This document shows, piece by piece, positions 43,717 to 53,820 of a DNA stretch of 64,000 bases. Position 1 is the stretch's first letter, and every line of letters begins with the position of its first letter. The DNA comes from an uncultured Acidobacteriota bacterium. GTDB taxonomy: Bacteria; Acidobacteriota; UBA6911. A model generated the notes under the pieces. That model did not search any database, was not told the DNA's origin, and was given only the letters and a program-made list of their open reading frames with translations. Location of the stretch: the NCBI GenBank assembly GCA_963809485.1, contig CAWEJX010000004.1, forward strand, positions 288,001-352,000. The letters are read 5' to 3'. A program made the position numbers and the translations under genes.

Positions 43717-44019
43717 ATGGCTCAGACAAAAATAAGCGCTTTGCCCAATATCACAACTCCGAATACGCCTGTAATTTTCAACCCCGACATCTGCAAAGGA
43801 TGCAACACGTGTGTGAATGTATGCCAGGTTGACGTCTTCATTCCCAATCCCGAGAAGGGCAGTCCACCAATAATCCTGCACCCCGATGAGTGCTGGTACT
43901 GCGGCTGCTGCGTCATTGACTGCCAGCACCCTGGCGCGATTTCCTTCAATTGGCCGCTGCAACAAAGAGGCTCGTGGAAAGACAAAATTACAGGCAAGGT
44001 CATGAGGGACAACGTTTAG
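43717..44019 (+). CDS. AprB-like 2x[4Fe-4S] ferredoxin
   Basis: CKGCNTCVNVC, ECWYCGCCVIDC and WPL. Confidence 0.9.
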   Translation: MAQTKISALPNITTPNTPVIFNPDICKGCNTCVNVCQVDVFIPNPEKGSPPIILHPDECWYCGCCVIDCQHPGAISFNWPLQQRGSWKDKITGKVMRDNV

Positions 44020-44043
44020 GTTTACGGTTCCCGGCGGGGCATC

Positions 44044-45750
44044 CTAGTCGGTGAGAGCGGCACCTGAGGAAGGACTCGATTGCCCCTGAGTCTGCGCACG
44101 ACCATTTGGATTTTTCGGAGATGCCAGGAACGATTCCTTGCTGATGACCTCCTGCAGGCGACAGAAGTGCCACTCCGGAGCAGTCGGCGTCCATTTCCCG
44201 TTCTTGTAGTTAACGCAGCTCTCGGGCTTTACCAAGGGATATTCTTCGAGCGGGTCGTTCATCAGGTTATAGAACGCACAACTTGCCGTTTCCGCGGTCT
44301 CAGTGCAGAGGACTTTGTATGTTGCGTTCCGTGCGGCGACCTGCCGCTGGTTGTTCTTTATGGGATTTATGGTCTCCGTAAGCAGATAGCCCTTATTGGG
44401 ATCGCGCAAGCCTTTGGCGCCCTTGAAAAGAATCGGGGTGAGGGAAACGGAGTCGAGGGCTACGGTGCCGTCGCCGGTCCTGTTGGGAACGGTTTTGGGC
44501 ACATCAAGGCCCGCCAGCTCCAGAATGGTGGAGAACAGATCCACACAATGGATCGGCTCGTCGCTTTTGGACCCGGCCTTGATGCGCGGTCCCCGGACCG
44601 CCATCGAGACTCGCACGCCGCTTTCAAAGGCCGTGCCCTTGCTGCGCTCCCGCCGGGTGATATACATGTTGTCGATGAACTCGCGTTGGGGGCCGAACAT
44701 CCACGTGCCGTTGTCGCCGAGGTAGATGACGTAGGCGTTCGGATCTATCTTGTCGACCACTTCGAGCACCTTGCCGATGATGGTATCCATCGAATTGGTC
44801 ATCGCCCGCATGAGAGCCTCTGAGGAGCAGGAACCGACGATGGCCGAACCGAATGTGCCGCCGCAGGCCTTCATCTCTTTGACGGATACCTCGTCCATCG
44901 TGTCGATGTTCGGCACAATCATCGGATTCGGTTTCTGATTGCCCGAGATATGCGACAGGTTGAACGCCAGCCAAACGAACCATGGCTTGTTGGGATTCTT
45001 CGATTCCTGCCCATTGATCCATTGGATGGCGTCGGCGGCATTCACTACCGGCGCATAGGTGGTCGGCTTAACACCGGGCAGGGATCGTGTGGGCGGCCTT
45101 TCGGTGCGATACTTGTCCGGAGCGTCCGTGCTGTCCTGGACATGATAGTCCCATTCCCAGTACGTGTCGACACCGCCATGGAGATTGCCAAGGAATAGAT
45201 CAAAACCCGCCTCTTTGGGTTTCATGCCGGGGTACACACCCAGGCCCGCCATGTGATATTTGCCGAATACCGCGGTGCTGTAGCCGCCCATTTCCTTCAG
45301 GTCCCGGACGAAGGAGTGATGGTTTTGGGACAGCCAGTTCGTATAATCCAGCACTCCCGTCTTGGCGGAATAAAGGCCGGTGAGAATCGATGTGCGCGTG
45401 GGAGAGCAGAACGGTTGTGTCCATGCCTGGGTGAACCTCATGCCTGCCCTGGCAAGGGAGTTGAGGGTAGGAGTGGACGCGGGGCGGCCGTTGATTTCCT
45501 GATATTTGGGATGATTATGCCCCGAAGGTCCGTATTGCTTGACTAGGCTGTCGATCAGGCCGGGATACATATCGGTGGTCACGTCGATGCCGATGTCGTC
45601 GCCGATGATCAGCAGGATATTGGGCCGTGGAAACTTCCCGCTGCCGCGTGTTCCCTGTTCGTCCGCCGCGGACACGGACGCTGCCGCGACCATAAGCGCA
45701 GCCAGTACCGCGAATCCACGCATTGCTATCATAACGGCTCTATTGATCAT
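44044..45750 (-). CDS. Secreted Cys-type (formylglycine) sulfatase
   Basis: PNILLIIGDD, FCSPTR (CxPxR), GKYH, GDNG and KGTAFESG. Start position uncertain. Confidence 0.9.
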   Translation of the reverse strand: MINRAVMIAMRGFAVLAALMVAAASVSAADEQGTRGSGKFPRPNILLIIGDDIGIDVTTDMYPGLIDSLVKQYGPSGHNHPKYQEINGRPASTPTLNSLARAGMRFTQAWTQPFCSPTRTSILTGLYSAKTGVLDYTNWLSQNHHSFVRDLKEMGGYSTAVFGKYHMAGLGVYPGMKPKEAGFDLFLGNLHGGVDTYWEWDYHVQDSTDAPDKYRTERPPTRSLPGVKPTTYAPVVNAADAIQWINGQESKNPNKPWFVWLAFNLSHISGNQKPNPMIVPNIDTMDEVSVKEMKACGGTFGSAIVGSCSSEALMRAMTNSMDTIIGKVLEVVDKIDPNAYVIYLGDNGTWMFGPQREFIDNMYITRRERSKGTAFESGVRVSMAVRGPRIKAGSKSDEPIHCVDLFSTILELAGLDVPKTVPNRTGDGTVALDSVSLTPILFKGAKGLRDPNKGYLLTETINPIKNNQRQVAARNATYKVLCTETAETASCAFYNLMNDPLEEYPLVKPESCVNYKNGKWTPTAPEWHFCRLQEVISKESFLASPKNPNGRAQTQGQSSPSSGAALTD

Positions 45751-45840
45751 GTTCCCTATCCCCCGCTTCGCGGCAATTTTACACAATGAATGCTTCTGCG
45801 CACATTATTATACTGTCAATTCCAAACAACGGAAGCATAG

Positions 45841-48231
45841 CTATTTTGAAAGAGCCTTGATCCTGCTTTCGAGCAACTCACTTTCTTCGGTGGAAAGCCG
45901 GCCGCTCTCCAGAGCGCCCTGATACAGCGTCCTGGCCTCTTTTGTCTTTCCCTGTTTGAAATAGATCTCTCCCAGCAGGGAGATTGCATCGATATAAGGC
46001 GCTTTCTGTCGAACAATGCGCTGCAATATGGAGACCGAATTCGAGCTGTTTCCGCTCTGCAGAAGGTAAAAAGCCAGCGAGTAGCCGTACTGGGGATTTT
46101 CCGGCTGCAGTCCGTAGGCACGACGCAAATAATCGATCGCGGAATCCATTCTTCCCAGCTTTGCGTGGATTACGCCCAGGTTATAGGCCGCCACGGCGGA
46201 TTCCGGGTCCAGTTCTGCAGCTTTTTGCAGATGCGAGGCGGCCTCTTCATAGCGTCCCATCTCTCCAAGCAGTAAACCGAGGTTTAGATTCGCCTCCAGG
46301 CTTTTCGGCTGCAATTCACGGGCCTTGCGCAGACTTTGAACGGCCTTGTCGTTCAAGCCGAGCCCGTTATAGGCGAAGGAGATATTGACATAAGGCTGTA
46401 TAGCGCGCGGTTGCAGCCGAATGGCGGTTTCGTAGAACGCCGAGGCTTGACCGTAGTCGCGCTGCGAGAGGTAAAAGCTGCCCATATTGTAGTGGGAAGC
46501 CCAATGATCGGGCCGGGCTTCCAGAGTTGATTTGAATTCCCCGGCAGCTTTATCAAAGGCCGCCGCAGTTCCGGCATCCAGCAAATCCCGCGGTATTGCC
46601 GCCATGGCGGAAGCGGCGCGAACGCGCACAAGCCGGGATCTATCCTGAATCGCGACGCTCAGCGCTTTCATTGTCTCATTGTCGATCCGGTCTCCCAAAG
46701 ATTCGGCGGCACTGGCGCGAACCAGTGGCGAAGGATCCTCCAGTGCCCGGATAAGTACCGGCCATTTACGGTCGTCCTCACAAGGACGGAGCAAACGGAT
46801 CAGCGATGCGGTGAAAACCGCATCATGATCCTTACGCTCCAGGTATTCCAGCATGGCCGGAAGCTTTTTCCAGTCACGCCTGCGCGCCGCATCAATGAGA
46901 GAAGCCCGATGGAGAACCGGCGCCTGATAGTCCCTGTTTCGCCACTTACGCACCCATCCATCGGCCCATGCGGCATCCCTGTCCGTATGACAGATGTTGC
47001 AGGCATTGGGGGACTTGTAAGCGATGGTCGCCGCAGGAATCGGCGGCAACATCGAATGATCGCTGCGGCGCATTCGGGCAAATTCGGTCTTCGGCATATG
47101 GCAGGAAATGCACTGACTCCCGGCGCTCCCTTCCGGATGGTGCGAATGGGCGGAGGCATTTTCCACTCTCACGGCATGACAGGGCAGACAGGCCTTGTTT
47201 TTCATATTGGCAGCGAACAGAAAACGCCCGCTCGATGTGTGGCAATGCAGGCAGTCCATCTGTCCCGATTGCGCACAAGGGCTCAACAACCACTGCGTAT
47301 AGGTGTAATTTTCACCCAGGTCCCGCCCATCGGGATAATAATCAGGCAAATCGAAAGCACCCAAGTCAAAATGGTCAAAGAAATCATCCCCGGGGATATA
47401 GGAAACTGTCAGGGGGGAAGCTTTGGCGTGGCATGAAGCACAGGAATCGCCCGCAATTTTCCTGCTATATTTCGGCGAACGGATCACATCAATTTTAAGA
47501 TCTTCGGGAGGCTTGTCCTTCGCAGCCTGGCGGCAGACACGAATATGCTCGACCGCGGATCCATGGCAGGCTTCGCAGTTAATGCCCGGCTCGCGCCAGA
47601 CGGAACTGTAGCTGTCGGTTTTAAGATCGTAATTGCGCGCAAACTGGCTGACATGGCATCCATAGCAGGAAGTATTGAAAGTGTACTCCGGATCTTTCCA
47701 TCCTACCGGCTCTTCCTCGATGTCCTGAAAATGGCGGATCCCGCTTGCCGCCGTGTCGAACCAGGATTTTCTCTGCACATCGTAAGCCAGGGGAAGAACC
47801 TGCAGGCGGCCGCGGTCCATGGGAGTAAGGAAGTAATAGACGTTTTTCCCTCCCATTGCATGAACTATCGGATATTTGCTGTTTCCTTTCGGTCCACTCT
47901 CGCTGATCCAGCCCCGTTTGCCATCAAATTCCACACCATAATCGGCGTCTCCAATCACCAGATTTTGAGGCTGAACGGTCAGCTTTGTTTGAAACAATTC
48001 CGCCGTAAAAGGCTGCATGGCCAGGCCATGATGCGAAGGAGCCCAAAGCCGGTAAAACTTTTCATGGCATTCCCGGCATGACTGCGTACCGGAATAGCCG
48101 GAGGAACCCGCATATCCATCTTTCGTACGCCCGGAAGACGGTCCATATAGCTTGAGCCGATAAAAGGCCAGGGCTGCGGCGATAAGCGCAACAACCAGCA
48201 AAGCTGTCACAATCCATGGCCTTCTCTTCAT
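45841..48231 (-). CDS. Membrane-anchored multiheme (8 CxxCH) cytochrome c with HEAT and TPR repeats
   Basis: CRECH, CYGCH, CEACH, CASCH, CLHCH, CLPCH, CISCH, CNICH; N-terminal TM segment; HEAT/TPR C-terminus. Confidence 0.9.
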   Translation of the reverse strand: MKRRPWIVTALLVVALIAAALAFYRLKLYGPSSGRTKDGYAGSSGYSGTQSCRECHEKFYRLWAPSHHGLAMQPFTAELFQTKLTVQPQNLVIGDADYGVEFDGKRGWISESGPKGNSKYPIVHAMGGKNVYYFLTPMDRGRLQVLPLAYDVQRKSWFDTAASGIRHFQDIEEEPVGWKDPEYTFNTSCYGCHVSQFARNYDLKTDSYSSVWREPGINCEACHGSAVEHIRVCRQAAKDKPPEDLKIDVIRSPKYSRKIAGDSCASCHAKASPLTVSYIPGDDFFDHFDLGAFDLPDYYPDGRDLGENYTYTQWLLSPCAQSGQMDCLHCHTSSGRFLFAANMKNKACLPCHAVRVENASAHSHHPEGSAGSQCISCHMPKTEFARMRRSDHSMLPPIPAATIAYKSPNACNICHTDRDAAWADGWVRKWRNRDYQAPVLHRASLIDAARRRDWKKLPAMLEYLERKDHDAVFTASLIRLLRPCEDDRKWPVLIRALEDPSPLVRASAAESLGDRIDNETMKALSVAIQDRSRLVRVRAASAMAAIPRDLLDAGTAAAFDKAAGEFKSTLEARPDHWASHYNMGSFYLSQRDYGQASAFYETAIRLQPRAIQPYVNISFAYNGLGLNDKAVQSLRKARELQPKSLEANLNLGLLLGEMGRYEEAASHLQKAAELDPESAVAAYNLGVIHAKLGRMDSAIDYLRRAYGLQPENPQYGYSLAFYLLQSGNSSNSVSILQRIVRQKAPYIDAISLLGEIYFKQGKTKEARTLYQGALESGRLSTEESELLESRIKALSK

Positions 48232-48528
48232 ATCAGGCTCTTTTCTTTGCCGACAGACGGCGTATTGATCCGCGGCTCTTAGGATTCCGGCATATTCCAA
48301 ATCAACCGGCGCGACGCATGAAATGCGGAGACATCGTCGATAACGGGAAACGCAGAGACCGCAGGCCAAGCCATGCGCGCGGCCTATTGTACTTCACCAC
48401 AGGGCCTTCAATCCGAAAAAATGGCGCTGCCCGATTTGTCTTGCATAAGCCCCGGTAAACCATGGATAAAGTATGTGCCGGAAGCAAAGAATCTCGTTAC
48501 GATGATCCTTGCGAGGGGGGCCTGATCC

Positions 48529-50160
48529 ATGAAATCCATCTTGAAGACGGCTTTGATTTTGGCTGCGATCTTACTCTGGATGTATTCATCTGTAGCGAAA
48601 GAAAAAGGCGGTAAAGCCGGCACCTCCGGTCGCCCCAACATCCTGCTTGTCATCGCCGACGATATCGGCATGGATACAACCACCAACATGTATCCGGGCA
48701 TGATTGACGATCTGGTCAGGAAATACGGACCTTCCGGACGCAACCACGCCGATTACGGGAAAATTGCCGGCAAACCGGCTTCTACACCCGTCATGGATAA
48801 GTTTGCAAAGCAGGGCATGAGATTCGCGCACGTTTGGGCTCACCCGTTCTGCTCTCCCACGCGCGCGGCGGTGCTTACCGGGTTGTATGCGGCTAAGACC
48901 AGGGTCACCACGTACGCGGATGCGCTGTCCCCGAAGCACACAAGCTTCGTCCAGAAACTGAAAAACGAGGGCGGCTACCGAACGGCGGTATTCGGCAAAT
49001 GGCACATGGCCGGGCTGCCCGGTAAACCCGTGGACTACCCCGGCATGAAGCCGAAGCAGGCGGGATTCGAGCTTTTCAAGGGGAACCTCCATGCCGCCAT
49101 CAATTCGTACTGGGACTACGACTACGTTGTGCAGGACGCTGACACTCCCGCTGATAAGTGGCGCACCGAGCCCATGCCGACGAAATCCCTTCCCGGCATT
49201 GCTCCGACGAATTATGCCCCGGTGGTCAAAGTAGCCGACACGATAGAATGGATACGGGCGAAAGAAGCGGAGAACCCGAACAAGCCGTGGTTCGTCTGGC
49301 TGGCCTTCAACTTGGCACACACCACGATCAAACAGCAGCCGAGCGCCATGGCCGTGCCGAATGCTGACACGCTCGACGCGGTAAGCTACAACGAGATGAA
49401 GGAATGCGGAGGCACCTTCGGATCGAACAATCCGGGCTCATGCAGCGGCGAAGCGCTCAATCGGGCTATGACCAATTCTTTGGATACGATCTTCGGCAAG
49501 CTGCTGGACGCAGTCGACGCCATGGATCCCAACACCTATGTCATCCTCGTCAGCGACAACGGCACGCCTATGTATAACAGGCCTGGCCAGGACTTCATCG
49601 ATAACATGTACCTCACCAGAAAAGGCCGCGGGAAAGGAACGGCATATGAAAGCGGCGCCCTTGTGCCGATGGCCATCAGGGGGCCCAATATAGCTGCCAA
49701 TACCCAGAGCAACGGATACGTCCACGTAGTGGACCTTTTCTCCACCATCCTGGGGTTGGCGGGGTTCACTCCCCCGAAGGCGGTCGCCGATAGCGAAGGC
49801 ACCCGTACAGTGCCGCTTGACAGCGTGTCGCTCCTGCCGATTCTCTTCAACAAGGCAAAAGCCGTACGCGATCCGAACAAGGGCTACATACTGACGGAGA
49901 CAAAAAACCTCATGACCGGCGGCACTCGGATGGTTGGAGCCCGGAACGCGACCTACAAGGTCGTCTGCACCGAGAGCCCGGACAACTGCCAATTCTATAA
50001 TCTGGTCGACGATCCGCTGGAAGAATTTCCGCTCGCCAAACCCGACAGCTGCGCCGACTATGCGAAGGGAAAGTGGACGCCCGCGGATCCGCGATGGCAC
50101 TATTGCCGGTTAACGGATGTTGTTGCCAAGGAATCTTTCTTTTCGGTAGATAGGAAATAG
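48529..50160 (+). CDS. Secreted Cys-type sulfatase, paralog of 44044..45750
   Basis: PNILLVIADD, FCSPTR, GKWH, SDNG and KGTAYESG. Confidence 0.92.
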   Translation: MKSILKTALILAAILLWMYSSVAKEKGGKAGTSGRPNILLVIADDIGMDTTTNMYPGMIDDLVRKYGPSGRNHADYGKIAGKPASTPVMDKFAKQGMRFAHVWAHPFCSPTRAAVLTGLYAAKTRVTTYADALSPKHTSFVQKLKNEGGYRTAVFGKWHMAGLPGKPVDYPGMKPKQAGFELFKGNLHAAINSYWDYDYVVQDADTPADKWRTEPMPTKSLPGIAPTNYAPVVKVADTIEWIRAKEAENPNKPWFVWLAFNLAHTTIKQQPSAMAVPNADTLDAVSYNEMKECGGTFGSNNPGSCSGEALNRAMTNSLDTIFGKLLDAVDAMDPNTYVILVSDNGTPMYNRPGQDFIDNMYLTRKGRGKGTAYESGALVPMAIRGPNIAANTQSNGYVHVVDLFSTILGLAGFTPPKAVADSEGTRTVPLDSVSLLPILFNKAKAVRDPNKGYILTETKNLMTGGTRMVGARNATYKVVCTESPDNCQFYNLVDDPLEEFPLAKPDSCADYAKGKWTPADPRWHYCRLTDVVAKESFFSVDRK

Positions 50161-50199
50161 CGTACATACAGGTTCCGGAACAGACACTGAGGTCAGGTA

Positions 50200-50398
50200 C
50201 CTCCGGCATAGCCGGAGGCTTGAAGGATTTGAACCGCTCAAAGCGATTGGACTAGTTACGCCGGTCTTGAACGCTGACTTACGCGGGCAAAAGCCGATGA
50301 GGCGCTTCCGATCCCCGCCGAACAGATCGGCGTTTGTCAGCGTATCTCAGCGTTTCAAAATACGGAGCTGTCAACTCTATGAGACCCCCGGCAGAGCC
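50200..50398. mobile_element. IS200/IS605-end-like non-autonomous element, interrupted by the IS4 element and resuming at 52782
   Basis: CCTCCGGCATAGCCGGAGG hairpin at 50200-50218; homology to 18194-18340. Confidence 0.55.
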
Positions 50399-52781
50399 CT
50401 CGCTGCGGGACACAGTTGACACTGTGGGTGTTTGATGCTATACATAACCCATGCGACTGTGTGGGCGCGAGTTCAGCGCGGAGGTAATTGCCCAGATTGG
50501 AGGGATCTTGAGTGCCAATCCCTCTTTGTCTCGTTGTGCCCTGTCTCAGCGCGTTTGCGAGCTTCTGCAGTGGAAATCGCCTAACGGCAAAATCAAGGAG
50601 GTTAGTTGCAGAAAAGCGCTGCTTGAATTGCACCGCCGCGGTTTTCTCAATCTGCCGGCGGCTGCGGAATCCTGTTTCAATCGATCTAGCTCCAAGCCGC
50701 CGCCTGATCTAATGGCTGATGTGTCTGAGCTAGAATGCACTCTGGATGAACTCGGTAAGATAAGCATTGCTCCTGTCTCCAGCCGCTACAGCAAGGCGTC
50801 GAAGATATGGAATACTCTCGTGGAGCAATTCCATTATTTGGGCAAAGGGCCTCTGTGCGGCGCACAGATTCGCTACTTGGTAGAGAGTTCAGAACATGGG
50901 TTTGTTGGAGCACTGGCTTTCAGCGCTGCACAGTGGCGGTTGAAGAAACGAGATAAATATATTGGCTGGACCGAGGCAGCTCGACGTGCCAATCTGAATC
51001 TGGTTGTTTGTAATAGCCGATTTCTGATTTTGCCCGGCGTGCACGTTCCGAACCTGGCTTCGCATGTACTGAGCCAGTGTCTGGGCCGGCTGGCGGATGA
51101 CTGGGTAGACCGCTATAATTACCGGCCGGTGTTGGTCGAGACCTTTGTGGACCCGAGCCGTTTTGTCGGGACGTGCTATCGAGCGGCTAATTGGTTGCAT
51201 GTCGGGCAGACAGCGGCGGAGGATACGGCGTATCCCAACGGGAAGGTAGCAAAAGGGCCCAAAGACATCTACTTGTATCCGCTCCGTGGCGATTGGCAAA
51301 AGGTGCTAAGTACGGAGCCGAAGGTAGTGCTGGGAAACACGCCGCAGTTCGAAGCCCCAGACGACTGGACCGAAGAAGAATTCGGGCGGGTGCAGTTTTT
51401 CGATCAACGGCTCAAATCCCGGCTGTTCACGTTGGCGGCGGATTTTTTTGCGCAACCTGGGGAACTGATTCCGCAGGCATCCAGCGGCTCGAAAGCAAAG
51501 ACAAAAGCAGCGTACCGATTTTTTCAGAATGACAACGTGGATATGCAGAAGCTACTCAGACCGCACATTGAGTCGACCATTGAACGGCTGCGTACGCATA
51601 AGGTGATACTGGCGGTACAGGACACGAGTTCGCTGAACTACACCGCGCACCCACCTGAGGGAGTCGGTCCAATCAATAACAGTCAGAATAGCGCCATGGG
51701 GCTGGAGCTTCACGACACGATGGCGTTTACTCCCGAGGGCATACCGCTGGGACTGCTCGACGTGCAATGTTGGGCGCGGGATCCGAACGACGTGGGCAAA
51801 AAGCGCCGCCGCCACCAACTGCCGATCGAAGCCAAAGAAAGCAAGAAATGGCTGGTGAGTTACCGAGCCGTAAGCGAGGTACAAAAGATCTGCTCGGATA
51901 CGATGCTTGTGAGCGTCGGCGATCGAGAGGCCGACATCTACGAGCTGTTCCATGAAGCCGCACAGGATACATCAGGTGCGAAGCTGCTAATCCGTGCCGA
52001 TCGCGCTCGAAATCGAGCGGTCATCGAGGAGGACAATAAGGAAGAACTGTGGAAGAAGATGGAGGGAGAGCCCGTAGCCGGATTGGTCGATGTCGCAGTC
52101 CCGCGTCGAGGTTCGAGCCCAGCTCGGACAGCTAAGATTCAAGTGAGGTTTTCCCGAATAATGCTCAACCCACCGTCAAAAAGCAAGCTCCCAGCCTTGA
52201 GCGTATGGGCGGTGTATGCGCGGGAAGTCGACTATGGCGTCGAAGTCAAAGAACCTATTGATTGGATGCTTTTGACTTCAGTCAAGACAGAGAGCTTTGA
52301 AGATGCTTGCGAGCGACTGAGTTGGTATGCCCGACGTTGGGGAATTGAAGTATATCATCGCACGATAAAAAGCGGATGCCGTATCGAGGATCGTCGGTTG
52401 GATGATGCCGAGAGCATTCAGGCTTGCCTAGCAATCGACCTTGTGGTGGCTTGGCGAGTCTACTGGCTTACTATGGTGGGCCGAGAAAAACCGGAGACAC
52501 CGTGCAATCAAATACTCAGTGAAGATGAATGGCATGTGCTGAGCGCCTGGGCAACAGGCAAGATTGCCGATACAGTTCCCAGTACCAAACAGGCGATGCA
52601 CTGGATTGGCAAACTGGGTGGTTGGCTGAGCAGAGGGAAAACTGACAATCCGGGCACAACATGTATGTGGAGGGGGCTGGGCCGTCTGCCAAGCATGGCG
52701 CAAGGATATCGGCTGGCTCTACAGATTCATGGAGTGAGGGCTGGCCCTTGAGCCACAGTCTCACCTGTGGGGTACAGCGAG
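50399..52781 (+). mobile_element. Complete IS4-family (IS50/Tn5-like) insertion sequence, 2383 bp
   Basis: Imperfect 29-bp TIRs (CTCGCTG.....CACAG.TGA.ACTGTGG, 22/29); 9-bp TSD GGCAGAGCC at 50390-50398 and 52782-52790. Confidence 0.92.
50451..52751 (+). CDS. IS4-family transposase with an N-terminal DUF4338 (DruA-like) domain
   Basis: HYLG, NSRFLILP and VETFVDP (DUF4338); AVQDTS, VGDREADI, YARRWGIEVYHRTIKSGCRIE (YREK) and LGGWL..PG..MWRGL dimerisation domain. Confidence 0.93.
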   Translation: MRLCGREFSAEVIAQIGGILSANPSLSRCALSQRVCELLQWKSPNGKIKEVSCRKALLELHRRGFLNLPAAAESCFNRSSSKPPPDLMADVSELECTLDELGKISIAPVSSRYSKASKIWNTLVEQFHYLGKGPLCGAQIRYLVESSEHGFVGALAFSAAQWRLKKRDKYIGWTEAARRANLNLVVCNSRFLILPGVHVPNLASHVLSQCLGRLADDWVDRYNYRPVLVETFVDPSRFVGTCYRAANWLHVGQTAAEDTAYPNGKVAKGPKDIYLYPLRGDWQKVLSTEPKVVLGNTPQFEAPDDWTEEEFGRVQFFDQRLKSRLFTLAADFFAQPGELIPQASSGSKAKTKAAYRFFQNDNVDMQKLLRPHIESTIERLRTHKVILAVQDTSSLNYTAHPPEGVGPINNSQNSAMGLELHDTMAFTPEGIPLGLLDVQCWARDPNDVGKKRRRHQLPIEAKESKKWLVSYRAVSEVQKICSDTMLVSVGDREADIYELFHEAAQDTSGAKLLIRADRARNRAVIEEDNKEELWKKMEGEPVAGLVDVAVPRRGSSPARTAKIQVRFSRIMLNPPSKSKLPALSVWAVYAREVDYGVEVKEPIDWMLLTSVKTESFEDACERLSWYARRWGIEVYHRTIKSGCRIEDRRLDDAESIQACLAIDLVVAWRVYWLTMVGREKPETPCNQILSEDEWHVLSAWATGKIADTVPSTKQAMHWIGKLGGWLSRGKTDNPGTTCMWRGLGRLPSMAQGYRLALQIHGVRAGP

Positions 52782-52911
52782 GGCAGAGCCGGGGATTTAC
52801 TAATGTAATTATGTTGGAGCGGTAGAAGGCAGGGCTGTTCCGGAGAGTCCTAATCCGTTTGCACGCTTGTCCGTTACCAGGCCGCATCCCTGTCGGCTGC
52901 CTGTTGCTTCC

Positions 52912-53418
52912 TTACTGCATCTTTTCCCAGATGAGCGTCGCGACGATCTTCTTGCCGTCGCCCGAGATTGGGCCCGGGTCTGTCGAATAAATTAGTCTGC
53001 CGCCTTCCTTTCGGACATTCCGGACTGTAGTCATACCCGTCCACGACCCGTTCCATGAAATGTCTACATGATGCTCAACTTTTTTGCCGTCAAATTTATA
53101 GGTTCCGCCATAGGCGAGCATGGAGCGGAACAGGGCCGCCTGCTGCTCGGGCGTCGCTTTTTCGATGGCTTCAGGCCTCGGCCGGTCATCCCCCGTAACA
53201 AGCACAAGCATACGACCGTCTTTGCCATACATGATGTATCCTGATGGGTGTTTTCCATAAGGGTAGGACACCTCGCCGGTGCCCAGAACCTCCCGCGAAT
53301 CGCTAACGAGCTTGTATGTGCCGGAAATATCATCCTCCGTCGCAGACACTGCAATCATCGCAAGCACGATTGACAACGTTACTGCCAATGCAGCCCAGAG
53401 GAATCTTTTCTGAACCAT
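52912..53418 (-). CDS. Secreted lipocalin-like domain protein
   Basis: Signal peptide; GTYKLVS, GYIMYGKDGRM, AYGGTY and HHVDISWN. Confidence 0.8.
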   Translation of the reverse strand: MVQKRFLWAALAVTLSIVLAMIAVSATEDDISGTYKLVSDSREVLGTGEVSYPYGKHPSGYIMYGKDGRMLVLVTGDDRPRPEAIEKATPEQQAALFRSMLAYGGTYKFDGKKVEHHVDISWNGSWTGMTTVRNVRKEGGRLIYSTDPGPISGDGKKIVATLIWEKMQ

Positions 53419-53820
53419 TTTTCTACCCTCCCTTTGTTTGAATGGATAGCAGCCCGCTTTGGAGTATTTAAGGACCTTTATCGCAGGGATTCAGGCGGGA
53501 AAAGGGGCACGAACGTCAGCGCCATCCCTGCGGAGCCGGAGGCTTGACTGAATGCCGCAATTATTTCTTGTGCTCGAAATATAAATGCATATTATGGGAT
53601 CATAATATTTCCAAACGCATGAGGCGATTTATCGCCTGGTTCCAGGGCATTTGTTGAGATGGATGCTTTTGACAAAGTTCGCGGGCGAGCGCCAATTCTC
53701 CGCAAAGGTCGGGAAGAGGGCTTAAGGCCACAAATTTCTTTGAAGCTCATAAAGAAGGAATTGATGAAGGAGAAATGCGGGTTGCCGGATGCTTATCGAC
53801 GCTCTCGAAAGGAGATTCCG

